From: Plasmodiophora brassicae
Taxonomy: Eukaryota
Reading direction: 5' to 3'
NCBI GenBank assembly: GCA_036867785.1
Contig: CP145415.1
Coordinates: forward strand, 930,001 to 994,000
Length of the DNA stretch: 64,000 nucleotides
A model generated the notes under the pieces. The model ran no database searches and had not been told where the DNA came from. It worked only from the letters and a program-made list of their open reading frames with translations. A program made the position numbers and the translations under genes. Every line of letters starts with the position of its first letter. The stretch's first letter is position 1. Below, piece by piece: positions 39,881-51,016 of this stretch.

Positions 39881-40190
39881 CTAGTTTGAAGACGACGAAC
39901 CGGTGGAGGAACGCCCGGAAGAAGATCGTCCTGACGAAGAACGCCCGGACGACGAGTGTCCAGATGACGAGTGCCCACGGTTCTTCTTCTTCCTCTTGTC
40001 GCCCATCCGTAGCGCGGCCGCCGTCCTGTTGCTGCCCTGGGCCGCCGACGTCCTGTTCGCCGGCAAGGCCGATCCCGACATGTTCCCGTTAGGCATCGAC
40101 GTTGGCACTGCGGTCGGCATCATCAGCTTCCGCAGCGGGCGCTTTGTCTCCTGGCTGTCGTCGTCGTCGTCGTCGTCGCTATCGTCGTCA

Positions 40191-40223
<33 letters not shown>

Positions 40224-40786
40224 TCGTCGCTGTCGCATTCCTCCGGAGCGGGCGTGCACTCTGGATCCCTCTGGATGATGATCGGCTGTGGTCGCGGCGG
40301 TAACGTCGGCGCTGGCGTCGGCGCTGGCGTCGGCTGCGGTGTCGGTTGCGGTGTCGGCTGGGGCGTCGGCGCTGGGGTCGGCGCTGGCGTCGGCTGAGGC
40401 GTCGGCGCGACCGTCGCCTGGCACTTCCCGGGCGTGGCACCGTTCTGCAGCATCGTCACCGCGTCCGCCACCGGCACCCGCACCGTCATCCTGACACCGG
40501 GCAGGCAGAGCTCCATCGTGGGGGCTTCCGGTGTCGTGGGCGCCGGCGTCGCCTTCGTGGTCGGATCTGGCGTCTCCTTCGTGGTCGGATCTGGCGTTGC
40601 CTTCACCTTGGGCGCCTTCGACGGTTTCGGAGCAGGCGCTTTGGATGGTTTCGACGCGGACTCCTTCGTGGGCGTATCCTTCGCGTACCCAGTGTCGATG
40701 TTGGCGCCTTTGTTGCCGTACGTCTGCCCGGCCACTAGAGCGACGGCGAGGATGGCCAGTAGGGCGACGAGTGCGTTGGAGGGCAT
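39881..40786 (-). CDS. Secreted Pro/Thr-rich (mucin-like) protein with one Cys-bracketed module and a poly-Asp tract
   Basis: Signal peptide MPSNALVALLAILAVALVAG; PTPQ/PTPA repeats; D-rich tract; terminal (G-H/R-SSS)n repeats; intronless. Confidence 0.85.
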
Positions 40787-40908
40787 CGTATGGAAGGATG
40801 TCGTGCGTTCGGTGTGCCGTTCCCGGTGTCACAGTTCCTGTCCGATATATACTATGGGATTCAGGGTCAGGGGGATCCCACGACTTGTCGGGAATCTCTC
40901 TGGGCATG

Positions 40909-41015
40909 TGAGTCAACGCAGCCGTGCGTCATGACCACTGACCGCGTCCTTGGGGAGTCAACGCGGGGGGCAGGAATCGCACATCATCGGTCTCCAGGAT
41001 TCCCCACATGACTCA
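40909..41015. promoter_or_regulatory. Clustered TGA(G/C)TCA (AP-1/GCN4-type bZIP-like) sites
   Basis: TGAGTCA 40909-40915, TGACTCA 41009-41015, plus one-mismatch TGCGTCA 40925 and GGAGTCA 40954, upstream of the 40786 start. Confidence 0.45.
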
Positions 41016-41149
41016 CCCTGGCCAAGTTGTCTGTCCGGCAGGTGGCCCCAATCGGAAGGGCCATGCGGCTACCTATGAGTAACCTCTCTAGGCGATTGCG
41101 CGTTCACAGGGGTAAGTTAACACCAGCGTGTTTAAGAATGGACACGTGG

Positions 41150-42325
41150 TCATGGGGCGACGATCGGCCGCAACGACGGCTTGGCATCCGTTGGAGCGGC
41201 CTGCGTCTGGTACCCGTGCACGTCCACGTAGCCATGCAGGGAAGGCATCGGGTACTTGTCATCGTTGTATCGACCCGCGCTCGCAGGGTACCTCGTCGGC
41301 GGCATCGGGTAGGCGTCGCGAGGTGCCACGTGCGGATCCAACACTGTCGAGCTCGACGGATCGGGGTCAACAACTGGCGCCACAGTAACCATTGGCGTTG
41401 GCGCTGGTGTCGCAGGTGCCACCGACGGTGCCGTTGTTGGCGCTGGCGTCGCAGGTGCCACCGACGATGCCGTTGCTGGGGCTGGTGACGCAGGTGCCAC
41501 CGACGATGCCGTTGCTGGCGCTGGTGCAACAGGTGCCACCGGCGGCGCCATTGCTGGCGCCGATGTCGCCGGGGCCGCTGTCGACGACGAAGGTGCCGGC
41601 GTAACCGGAGCCATCGTTGCAGCTGGGGCTGTGGTCGCTGGACTAGCTGTCGACGACGAATTCGTGGGCCCCGGGATGTTGGGGTCCATGTACCCGCCGC
41701 GTTCGTTCGTGTACCTCGGTGGTCTCTGCGTGTACCTCGAATCGTATTGATGGGATACGGAAGGTGCTGGAGGGCAATCGCCAATAACGGCACCTTTGCC
41801 GAGGAACGACGTGACCTCGTCCAGTGGGACCTTCAGCGGCATCGATGACTCTCGAAAGCACATTGGTACGACGGCGCCTGAGGCCTGGCTGGTAGATCCA
41901 GAGCACTGGCCGGCGCTTCCGAGAGGCAGCAGCTTGTTCAGTTCGCTCGGGTCGACCTCTATCGTTGCGTTGTGTGACGCCAGGCAGAATTGGACCTTGG
42001 ACGGTGCTGAAGCCGTTGTAGGCGCTGGAGCAGTCGTAGGGGGTTCGGTCTGGCAGGCGCCGAGCTTGCCGCCATGCTGAAGGTAGATCGGCAGCAGGTC
42101 GTTGCTGACCTCCATGGTGCGTTTGGCCCCATTGTCGTCCTGGTGGCATATGCGAACCTGTGCCGGTTTAGACGGGGGGTACCCCGAGCTCGACGACGAA
42201 TGTTTGCTGTGCTTGGAACCGTGCGCACCGCTGTCACTATCCCTCTCATTGATCGCAATGTTAATGGCGGCCTGCGCGCCCACAGCCATGCACACCATCA
42301 GGACATGGAGCGCCCCCGTCCGCAT
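41150..42325 (-). CDS. Secreted protein with three Cys-bracketed modules and an Ala/Pro/Thr-rich stalk
   Basis: Signal peptide MRTGALHVLMVCMAVGAQA; three C...L-x-x-G...G-x-C units; APATASSVAPA repeats; intronless. Confidence 0.85.
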   Translation of the reverse strand: MRTGALHVLMVCMAVGAQAAINIAINERDSDSGAHGSKHSKHSSSSSGYPPSKPAQVRICHQDDNGAKRTMEVSNDLLPIYLQHGGKLGACQTEPPTTAPAPTTASAPSKVQFCLASHNATIEVDPSELNKLLPLGSAGQCSGSTSQASGAVVPMCFRESSMPLKVPLDEVTSFLGKGAVIGDCPPAPSVSHQYDSRYTQRPPRYTNERGGYMDPNIPGPTNSSSTASPATTAPAATMAPVTPAPSSSTAAPATSAPAMAPPVAPVAPAPATASSVAPASPAPATASSVAPATPAPTTAPSVAPATPAPTPMVTVAPVVDPDPSSSTVLDPHVAPRDAYPMPPTRYPASAGRYNDDKYPMPSLHGYVDVHGYQTQAAPTDAKPSLRPIVAP

Positions 42326-42731
42326 CCGTCGCCGTCGCCGCTACAGAGCGATTATCAAATTGGTCGCCCGCCCCGTTCGCACTGCCAACCGACCCCAGTT
42401 GACTCCCTCCGCTCGTGACCCCGTCACTTGTCATGACTCGGGTCAGGCACCCCTGCCGTCCCACCGTATCTGCGCCTCCGTCGGTGTGCGACAACGGGCA
42501 GCCATCACAAGTTCGTGACTGTGCTGCAATGTCGGGCGTGGCAGCAGAGCAGTGATATCAGTGATCAGTGGTCAGTACTGATGACAAGGGCCGCGTAAAA
42601 ATAGACGTGCGCCAGTGTGCGCCTGTGGGAGAGCGCAGACAACAGACAGACCCGGACTGGGCCGACGGACGACCCCGTGGGTGGGAGCGGCGCGTCTGCC
42701 GGTCATTTGGGAATCGGTCGGGGCGGCGGTG

Positions 42732-44677
42732 ATGCTGGCCGCCCGTCACCACCCGGCCGTGTCCCGGCCGGTCCGCCAGGCGCAGAAGTGGCTGGCCAGG
42801 TACGACGTCAGGCTGCTGGTCGGGACCGTCGCCGTTGTCCTGTTCTTCCTCGTCAGCGCCTACGCCGTCGTCGCGTTGTCCAACGCCGGACAGCGACCGA
42901 CTGCCGTCGGGCAAATCGTACGTCGTCGTGGTGGTGTGTGACTTGGTTTGTACCGATGGGTTGCCATCGCAGGATGTTGCTGAACCCGCCCCGGATCCTG
43001 TCGAGGGATCCGTTGGTGAGGAGCCGGTCATCCCGAAACCAAAGGTTGTAGAAAAGGCGATACCGGTGGTCCGACAGCCGGACCCGGTCGTACCGGACGC
43101 TCGTCCCGCTGCACGTCGAGGCGACAAAGGTGCAGCGCCTGCCGAAGACAAGAAGGCCGACCTATCGAAAGTGACAGACCCGGTGCAGAGGCGCGCCGCT
43201 GTGCGAGATGCAATTGCCCACGCTTGGAATGGGTATAAGACGATCGCGTTCGGCCATGATGAGATTCTCCCGCTATCGCGCTCGTATTCGGACAACTGGG
43301 GCGGCCTGGCCTGGTCGATTGTCGACTCTCTCGGGACGCTGCACCTGGCAGGCCTGATGGACCAGTTCAATGAGGCGCGCGACTATGTGTCGACGTTCGA
43401 ATTCCGGAAGGCAGTCCCAGTTTCGGTATTTGAAACCGGCATCCGAATCCTCGGCGGCCTGCTGTCCGCCTATGAGCTCTCTGGGGATTACATGTACCCT
43501 GCGATATTGATACGCTTTGCGCTACCAGTCGCGCTGACGTTGCACTCAGGTTTGTTGAGAAGGCGCGTCAAGTAGGAGACGGGCTACTGCCTGCGTTCAA
43601 GACCGTGTCTGGGCTACCGGCCACGAAGGTGGATCTGGTGTCTGGCTCGCATATGACCGGATGGTCGGGGTCATCCGTGGTCCTCAGCGAGTTCGGCACC
43701 CTGCAGTTGGAGTTCAGTCATCTGTCGCATGTCACGGGGGATTCTCGGTACATGAGCGCTGCGATCAATGTGTACAATGTCATCAACTCCAGGACGGATG
43801 GCGGTCTCCTTCCGACGCTCTTTGACGTTCATTCCGGTGACGTGTCCCCGTCAAAACGCCTGTACTGTGTCCCTGACGGCGATTTGTAGGACGACCGGCA
43901 AACGACCAGCTGACAATGGGTGCGATGGCAGATTCGTATTACGAGTACCTCCTGAAACTGTACATCATGAGCGAGCGGTCGTTCGCCACGGTGCTGCCCA
44001 TGTACATCGAGGCCATTGATGGCATGGTTGATCGGCTTGTCATCGAGTGGGTTGACCCGGTCACGAACACTGAACGTGCTCGACTCGTACAGAGGGACAA
44101 CGGCATGGTCAGTGACCGGATGGAGCATCTGGCGTGTTTCGTCCCCGGGATGCTTGTTCTTGGAGCAAAGTACGGCGAAGACAACCGGGTCCCGGAGCTT
44201 CTGTCGCGAAAGAAACGACACATGGATCTTGCAGCAAAGCTGACAGCGACTTGCGTCTCCATGTACACGATGAACCCGTCAGGGCTTCCCGCAGAGTACA
44301 TCGAGTTTGACCGCAGCAACAACGCTCGCGTCTCCCAGGACAGGCGCTACCTGCTTCGACCTGAGACCGTCGAGTCGCTCTTCATTATGTGGCGCGTCAC
44401 GAAGGACCCACAGTACCGTGAACAGGGTTGGAAGATCTTCCAGGCCATCGAGCAGCACTGCAGAACTGATGTAGCGTACGCCGCCATCCAAGACGTCACC
44501 GTCCCCAGCGCCCCTCAGATGGACAACATGGAGAGTTTCCTGATCGCCGAGACATTCAAGTACCTACTGCTGCTGTTCTCCCCGCCGACCCTGATCCCCC
44601 TGGACCAGTTCGTGTTCACAACCGAGGCGCACCCACTGCGAATCATGAAGCGCAGCCGCATCGCATTGCCGGCATGA
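42732..44677 (+). CDS. Class I alpha-1,2-mannosidase (glycoside hydrolase family 47), type II membrane protein, multi-exon
   Basis: N-terminal TM anchor; HAWNGYK...AFGHDEILP; IVDSLGTL; VFETGIRILGGLLSAY; EFGTLQLEF; ADSYYEYLLK; YLLRPETVESLF; MESFLIAETFKY; FTTEAHP. Confidence 0.96.
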
Positions 44678-44844
44678 GAAGCGTCGCCCTGGATCCCTAC
44701 CCTATATTAACCACTACATTTGCTGGCTTCCTGCTGACCGTCCGAATGACGTGCACCGGCTGCGCTGCGGTCCCAGGGTCGTCGTTGCACTTGCCCAGGG
44801 ACTCCAGGGCGCGGGCCCCATCCGGCGGCCTTAATGTGACCCAG

Positions 44845-44877
44845 TGAGTCAGCGTCCTGTTTCACCCGTTTGACTCA
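44845..44877. promoter_or_regulatory. Paired TGA(G/C)TCA sites upstream of the secreted DPBB protein
   Basis: TGAGTCA 44845-44851 and TGACTCA 44871-44877, followed by TATAAG near 44925 and ATG at 44959. Confidence 0.45.
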
Positions 44878-44958
44878 TGCGCCCCTGTGGGGGAAACGGT
44901 CACGCGACATCGTCGCTCGGGTCATATAAGTTAACATTCAAACCGGCCCAACGTCGCT

Positions 44959-46047
44959 ATGATGATGATGATGGTGGTGCGCGGGCTAGGCGCGCTTCTC
45001 GTGGTATTGCTAGCGATTCGCGTCCAAGGCACGCCGGAGATATGCCGAGACGCGGCCGGAGGCAGGCACGGCCACGGGCATCACCAGTACCCGCCGATGC
45101 CAATCATGCCTCGCACGCGACCCGTCCAGCATGCGCCATACTATGTTCCTGGCGCCGACCCGAACGCGTCACCATCGGGGGGATCTGCCCCTGGCAGTGG
45201 CGATCGACACGCTGCAGGTGCGTCTAACGGTGGCGGCGCGGAACCCGACAATTGCTGCAACGATGGCCCATCGCATGGAGGCAACGCCGCACCTTCCACC
45301 GCTGGTGCGCCTGCACCACCGCATGATGGAGCACCAACACCAGCCAGTGGTGGAACACCAGCGCCAGGCAATGCGGGAGCGCCAGCTCCAGGTAACGGTG
45401 GAGCGCCAACACCTGGTAATTCTGGAGGAGCGCCAGCATCCGCCGCCAATGGTGCAACACCTGCACCAGCCAATGGTGGAACGCCCGCACCAGCCAATGG
45501 TGGAACGCCCGCACCAGCCAATGGTGGAACGCCAGCGCCAGCGCCGGGTGTTGTGACGCCGTTGCCGACCAATGGGAACACGCCGGCGCCAAACAATGGC
45601 CCTGCGCCGACACCAGGGACGGGTGGGCAAGACACGCCCGGCAGTATCCCGCTGTCGTTGCCGGCGGGGCAAACCCTATCGCCGCTGAACAGCGGCCAGT
45701 CGCAATGCGACCCGAACTCCTCCAACTGCATCGCCTGCGACACCCATTACTCGCTGGCGTCGTTCGCCCAGAACGGGCTGGGATGCGCCGGGAACGACCT
45801 GGGCCGTCTGTCGCGGGCGCAGCAGGCGTTCAACTACATGGTCGTCAGCACGGGCAGCGCCGACAACTGCTACAAGGTCGCAACGGTGGCGGGGCCGACC
45901 GGCGCCGCTGTCCAGGCCGTCGTCCTCGACATCAACGGGGGCAGCGCCGATGTGTCCTGGCCCCTGTTTCAGGCCATGGGCGGGCAGTTCTGTGGCGGCA
46001 ACCGCATCCCCGTCACCATTACGTTCACGGGACAGGTCTTCCAGTAA
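44959..46047 (+). CDS. Secreted protein with Gly/Pro/Ala-rich repeats and a C-terminal double-psi beta-barrel (expansin-D1/RlpA/cerato-platanin-like) domain
   Basis: Signal peptide LGALLVVLLAIRVQG; TPAPANGG repeats; C-terminal NCYKVATV...VQAVVLD...ADVSWPLFQAM...RIPVTITF pattern. Confidence 0.75.
   Translation: MMMMMVVRGLGALLVVLLAIRVQGTPEICRDAAGGRHGHGHHQYPPMPIMPRTRPVQHAPYYVPGADPNASPSGGSAPGSGDRHAAGASNGGGAEPDNCCNDGPSHGGNAAPSTAGAPAPPHDGAPTPASGGTPAPGNAGAPAPGNGGAPTPGNSGGAPASAANGATPAPANGGTPAPANGGTPAPANGGTPAPAPGVVTPLPTNGNTPAPNNGPAPTPGTGGQDTPGSIPLSLPAGQTLSPLNSGQSQCDPNSSNCIACDTHYSLASFAQNGLGCAGNDLGRLSRAQQAFNYMVVSTGSADNCYKVATVAGPTGAAVQAVVLDINGGSADVSWPLFQAMGGQFCGGNRIPVTITFTGQVFQ
45457..45545 (+). repeat. 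24-nt tandem coding repeat (TPAPANGG)
   Basis: ACGCCCGCACCAGCCAATGGTGGA-type unit repeated about 3.5 times. Confidence 0.85.
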
Positions 46048-46195
46048 CTTCTCCCCGGCGAGCGCCTACCCATGTATCTTAACCGCGTCCTAATACACAA
46101 CGTCATACGGGCCACTCCTCGGGTAGCCATGAGTCAACGAACGCCCCGTCATGAATCATCGACCGACTGGCCACATTGCACAAATCTAACTGGTG

Positions 46196-46474
46196 ATGCG
46201 AGTCGTCGTACTTCTGGGCATCGTCATGGCGATTGCGATGGCGCAAGTGATTGATCGGGAGGACGACGCGTGGTCGCCTACCGGGCACGCTCACTGCGTC
46301 CAGGACGGCGACGACAGCGATCCGATCTGCAGAACACATGCCGGCAACGTCGACGTGGTCGACGATCCATTCCGACGTCACCGTCGGGCCGTCGACCAAC
46401 TTCGCGAGAACCTCGCTCTGAACGAAGCCATCCGGGATCATGTCGACCATGGGGACGACAGGTACGACTGGTGA
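46196..46474 (+). CDS. Small secreted acidic/His-rich orphan protein (92 aa, two Cys)
   Basis: Signal peptide MRVVVLLGIVMAIAMA; intronless; TGAGTCA at 46130 upstream. Confidence 0.7.
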   Translation: MRVVVLLGIVMAIAMAQVIDREDDAWSPTGHAHCVQDGDDSDPICRTHAGNVDVVDDPFRRHRRAVDQLRENLALNEAIRDHVDHGDDRYDW

Positions 46475-46526
46475 CACCGAACAACATAAACACGTATAGG
46501 CAGGTAGGCCGCCGCTCTCTCTCTGT

Positions 46527-48053
46527 TCATTTAGAACGCGCCGGAGTCGCGTTCGGGGCCGCCGAGTTGGAACTGACGACGCGTCGTGCCGATCGTGGCC
46601 TGAACATGGCGACCCGGAAGGCGGTGTCCAGCGCTCGGCCAGCGTACGAGAGCGAGAACGATAACGTCCAGCCCGACGGGCTGAACAGGAACTTGTGGGA
46701 GGCCCCCATGAGAAGCGTGCCGCAGCATACGAGGACCATGGACAGTGACATGCCCAGGGCACAGCGGCCCAAACGCGCCAGAACCGTCTTGAACGCGGTT
46801 TGCGGATTCCCTATCGCCACCGCCGTCTGGCGCTGGACGTCGTTGGCCAATAGGTAGTACCGCAGGACGCTTGTGAGAACGTTCAGCCCGACGGCCAGCT
46901 GGAGGATGAACAGCATCAGCGACACGCCCGCCTCGACCAACGGCGATAGGACGTACATCGAGTACGCCGTGCTCGACGCCGTTTCGCACAGGATCGGCAG
47001 GACGACCAGCAGGATCGACGCCAGGCGGTAATCGCCACGAACGACGCGCGTCAACCACGATACGTCCTGGAACGGCATAACGTCGGTCACGCTGGCCGTC
47101 CAGCGATGCGCCGCCAGCACCGAGGAGGCGAAACTCCAGCCGGTCATCAGGGCACCAAAGTACAGCACCACAGGCTGCTGGAGGTTCGCTGTGCTACAGA
47201 ACCCGCCGATCGCCAGGACGACCCCACACAGCGTCGACGTCGTCGCCTCGATGGTCAGGACGACGTGTGGCACCCCGACCGATTGCCGGACGAACGTCGC
47301 GTACCGTCCCGAGGACCGGCAATTGCTCGGGACCGACCCCTCGTACGCCTGAGCGAGGATCCGCATGTGCCCGACGAGGTAGATCGCGGCGGCCACGCCG
47401 GAACCGATCAGGACGGCGCTGGGCAGGATGCGGACGAACAGCTGGTAGTACCAGGAGGACAGCGTGTCCTGCCAGGCGTTGACGTCGGGTGCCACGGTGG
47501 CGTTCTGGCCGATCGCGAACCGGGTCAACGCGTCGTACTGGTCGGCGTCGACCCCGATGTTCACGAAGAGCATGGGCTGGTGTCGTGTGCGGGCGCCATG
47601 CGTGCCGTCCTGGGCGTACATCCACACGTTCGGCACTGTGTCCAGGCTGGGTGCTATACGCGATCGACTCCGTCAGCGTCTCCCAAGATGGCTCGCGGGA
47701 GGGCGCCCCGACGTACCGATGACGGCGGCAGCGCCCGATGGAAGCAACGCAAGGTACTGTACCTCAAGCGAGCAGGCGGCATTGGCGACTGCGGCGGCGG
47801 TCGTCAGAATGATGGCACCCGGTGCTGATACGCCTGTAGGGTTGCACATGTCGCCGTCCAACAGGACGACGGGGCCGGATCGGGAGATGGACGCGTCGCC
47901 GAGTTGCGGGCCGATGAACGTCGACATTGTCGGCGCTTGGAACGTCAACGCCTTCAACGGGTGCCCAGCGGAAGGAAATACGAGCAGCGCGTCGGCACCC
48001 AGACGCGCGATGGATGCGAACCAGACCGACGTCACGATCGCGCTGGCGACCAT
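46527..48053 (-). CDS. PA-domain-like ectodomain + 7TM (GPCR-like) membrane protein (2 exons)
   Basis: N-terminal hydrophobic leader; GDMCNP...GAIIL...CSLEVQY...GAAAVI PA-like pattern; about seven hydrophobic helices in ORF 46527..47636. Confidence 0.7.
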
Positions 48054-48324
48054 GGCCTCCCTAATCAGTGAGCGCCCGGAGCCCGACCCCATTGCTCTGT
48101 TCTGTTGAGGCGAACCGAACGATCGGGAACCGATCCAAACGTTTAGTACGGCCAGCGGGTCGTGTACTAGACTGCGAACCGCCTGTGAGTACTAGGGACA
48201 GCAGACACCACCCACTGCCGTTAAACAAGACGACCCTCCCTGCTTTCGTCGAAGCGTTGGCGCTGCGTGCAATGCCGTTGGCGAGTACACACAGAACATG
48301 CAGGCGTAGATATGTAAGCAATGC

Positions 48325-49753
48325 TCAATAAGGGTTGAGTGTATGTCGGACTCGTGTGTCGAAGTAGGTTGGCGGAAGGCCAAGGAATTCAAGGGCGTTC
48401 TGGTATAGCAGGCGGGCCTTCCTCTCGGACGTCCAGTGCTGCTGCGATTCAATGAGATGACCGGGTCGCGCTTCACCTAAAGGGAACGGGTAATCCGTCC
48501 CTAGGGCGACCTGGGAATAGACTCGGTCAGGACGTGTCCCTTCGACCAGTGACGCCCGGTTACCTTGTCCTCGCCAAACAGGTCGACAACTGCTTGGAGC
48601 TGCGACGGGTCGTGGACCAGGGAGTCGACCCAGAACCGCCCCAGCTGAGATCTCGGGCTCACGTGGGTGTCCACCGCGCACAGATCAGGACGAACATGAA
48701 ACGCATGCTCGATCCTCCCAATGGTGCCACTGGCGGAACCATAAATCGGCACGTCACAAGGCAGACTGCTGAGCCTTACGGGAACGATCCGCCACCATGT
48801 GCAAATGCCACGCGCAGGCCCGGGATTCGTTCGAACACACCGCCGAATACCATCGAGCAGATGGCACGACTGGATTCGGCAGGCATCCCAACCAGCCACG
48901 GCAGCCAGTACTTTTGCATGGACGATTCGCCGGCCATGTCCCATGGATGCACAAACACGCACGCCGACAGGTTGGCAACTGTGCTTATTAACGTCAGCCC
49001 CGAGGCACTTGTCAAATCAGCGCCGACAACAACCTTCCTGGAAGAACGGGAACAACGACGGGTCGCCGAGGTTCAGACCATTGACGTTCGTCCCGATCTG
49101 GACGCCGGCGAATCCCAGTTCTTTCACACAGCGTCGTAACTCGGCGATTGCCAAGTCGGGGGCCTGCAGCGGGACCGTCCCGAGGCCGACATACCGATCC
49201 GGTCGAGCCTTGACCGTCTGGTGCAGGTCATTGTTGAGAAGTTGGCACAGGTCGAGAGCGTCATCCGGTTTCGCCCAATACGAAAACATAACGGGAACCT
49301 GTCAAACCGGGATTATAATGCATTTGCAGCAGAGACGCCACGTTGAGCAAACCGTCGACAGAACCTGGAGGTCCACTCCAGCGTCCATGCAATCGCGAAG
49401 CCTGGCGTCAGAGTCGAAGCAGGTATCCTCCACCTGATCAGATCGATCGGTCAGGAACGGACACACGAACCAGTGGGCGTCAAATCCATCCAACGCGTCG
49501 AAAGAAGTGCTGGCCTTTGTACATGTCCGTCTTGCAGCAGGTTGAATCGTACTGCATGTGGATGAAATCGCCATACCCGTACCGCTCATCTGCGAACCGA
49601 CCGCAATTCAGGCCCGCGCGACAAGGCCCGACCGAGAGCCGCACACCGACTGAGATTCGGCAGGTGCCTTGGCAGGATATGCGTGTGCAGATCCACCTTG
49701 AAGCAGCGCCGCCGCGCCTGCCCCGACGGCGACGCCGGTGCCGACCCCGTCAT
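48325..49753 (-). CDS. ACMSD: 2-amino-3-carboxymuconate-6-semialdehyde decarboxylase, multi-exon
   Basis: KVDLHTHILP, VLSTVPVMFSYWAKP, GLGTVPLQAP, GVQIGT, FVHPWDM, KYWLPWLVGMPAE, FAHGGGSFP, DSLVHD, LGTDYPFPLGE. Confidence 0.95.
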
Positions 49754-49989
49754 CGGGACCCCCTCTCGTGATATGTACGACCAGGAGGCAACGCCTCCAG
49801 TTCAATACAAAAGGGTTCATAAAAATAGCCTGCTGCGGGTCAGCTGCCACTGCAACACTCGAACCTACGGGGGGCACCGCCACCTTCGCCATTTACCGCT
49901 CATCTTCGTCGAATAATAACGAACCGACAAAAAGGGGGGGCGGACCTGCAGCAGTGCAGAGAGCGCAAAGGGGAGGGGGCAGCCAGACG

Positions 49990-50821
49990 ATGGGGGTCGT
50001 GGCAATGGTTGACGCGCTGTCCAAGGCGCTACAGGACGGGGAAGCGGAAACGCGACGTCTAGAGTGCCGGGTGCGTCTTGCCGAGGCGCGTCATGCGGTC
50101 GGGCAACGCCGGACGCGTCGCTCGTGACGGTCGCCAACGGTGCAATGTGACCCAGGTGGCCACTGCGGAAAACGATTCGGCACGGGCGACGGGGCAACGG
50201 CTTGGCCGGCTAGTCCAAGAAATGGCACCAGTCGTCGCCATTATCGATGATATGCGATGCAGGAGGGCTGACAAGGAGCGCGCCGCTGCTCTCGTTTCTG
50301 GACGTCTGAAGACGAGGCGCCATCGAATCGTTGCTGTTGAATCTGAAACGGTCAGTGGAGATCCCTTCCATGGTGGTTAGTTTAATAAGTACCCCATCTC
50401 AGTCATCTATTCGAGTCAGACGGGATCTGCTGCACGAGAAACACGCTGCGACAATGAACGTCCTGGTTCAAGAGCGCGGTGCTAGGGAGAGGGAGATATC
50501 GTATCTCAAGCAGCAATGTCGGCATGGAAACCTGAAGATTGTCCACACTTTGACTTTCGTGCCGAGTAGATGAGAACATGACGCGCAAGGTGGAAGTTGT
50601 CCGCGTCAGTGGCATTCGCGAGGTCGAGATCGCAAAGCAGAAGGTCAGGCGTGACAACTGGTACGCTTTCAGTCTAAAACCTGACATATACGGCACAGAA
50701 CGCAGAGGCGTTGGAACAGCTCATGCTCAAGAAGCAGTTGTCTGACCGGGACGAGGCAATCGCACTGCAGAAGATTGACAATCTAGCTGTCGGTCGCTCC
50801 CAACGTATCGATGATGCCTAG
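49990..50821 (+). CDS. Hypothetical coiled-coil protein, multi-exon
   Basis: Helical charged exons (MGVVAMVDALSKALQDGEAETRRLE..., REREISYLKQQ, LKKQLSDRDEAIALQK) separated by short GT-AG introns. Confidence 0.6.
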
Positions 50822-51016
50822 TCCTTACCTGTTGGGGTCGCAGAAAGAAAACGCTCGTCTTCGACAGGAGCACGCTCTTCTACGTACCAAGTTCGCAAAG
50901 ATGTCGCAGCCAGCTGCTGACACTCACTAAACCGCAACACGGTAGTCTCGAAACAAATCTGGTACCCCGCTCTCCAGTGTATCAGAACAGGAGGACCCGT
51001 TGCCAATCGATCATCT

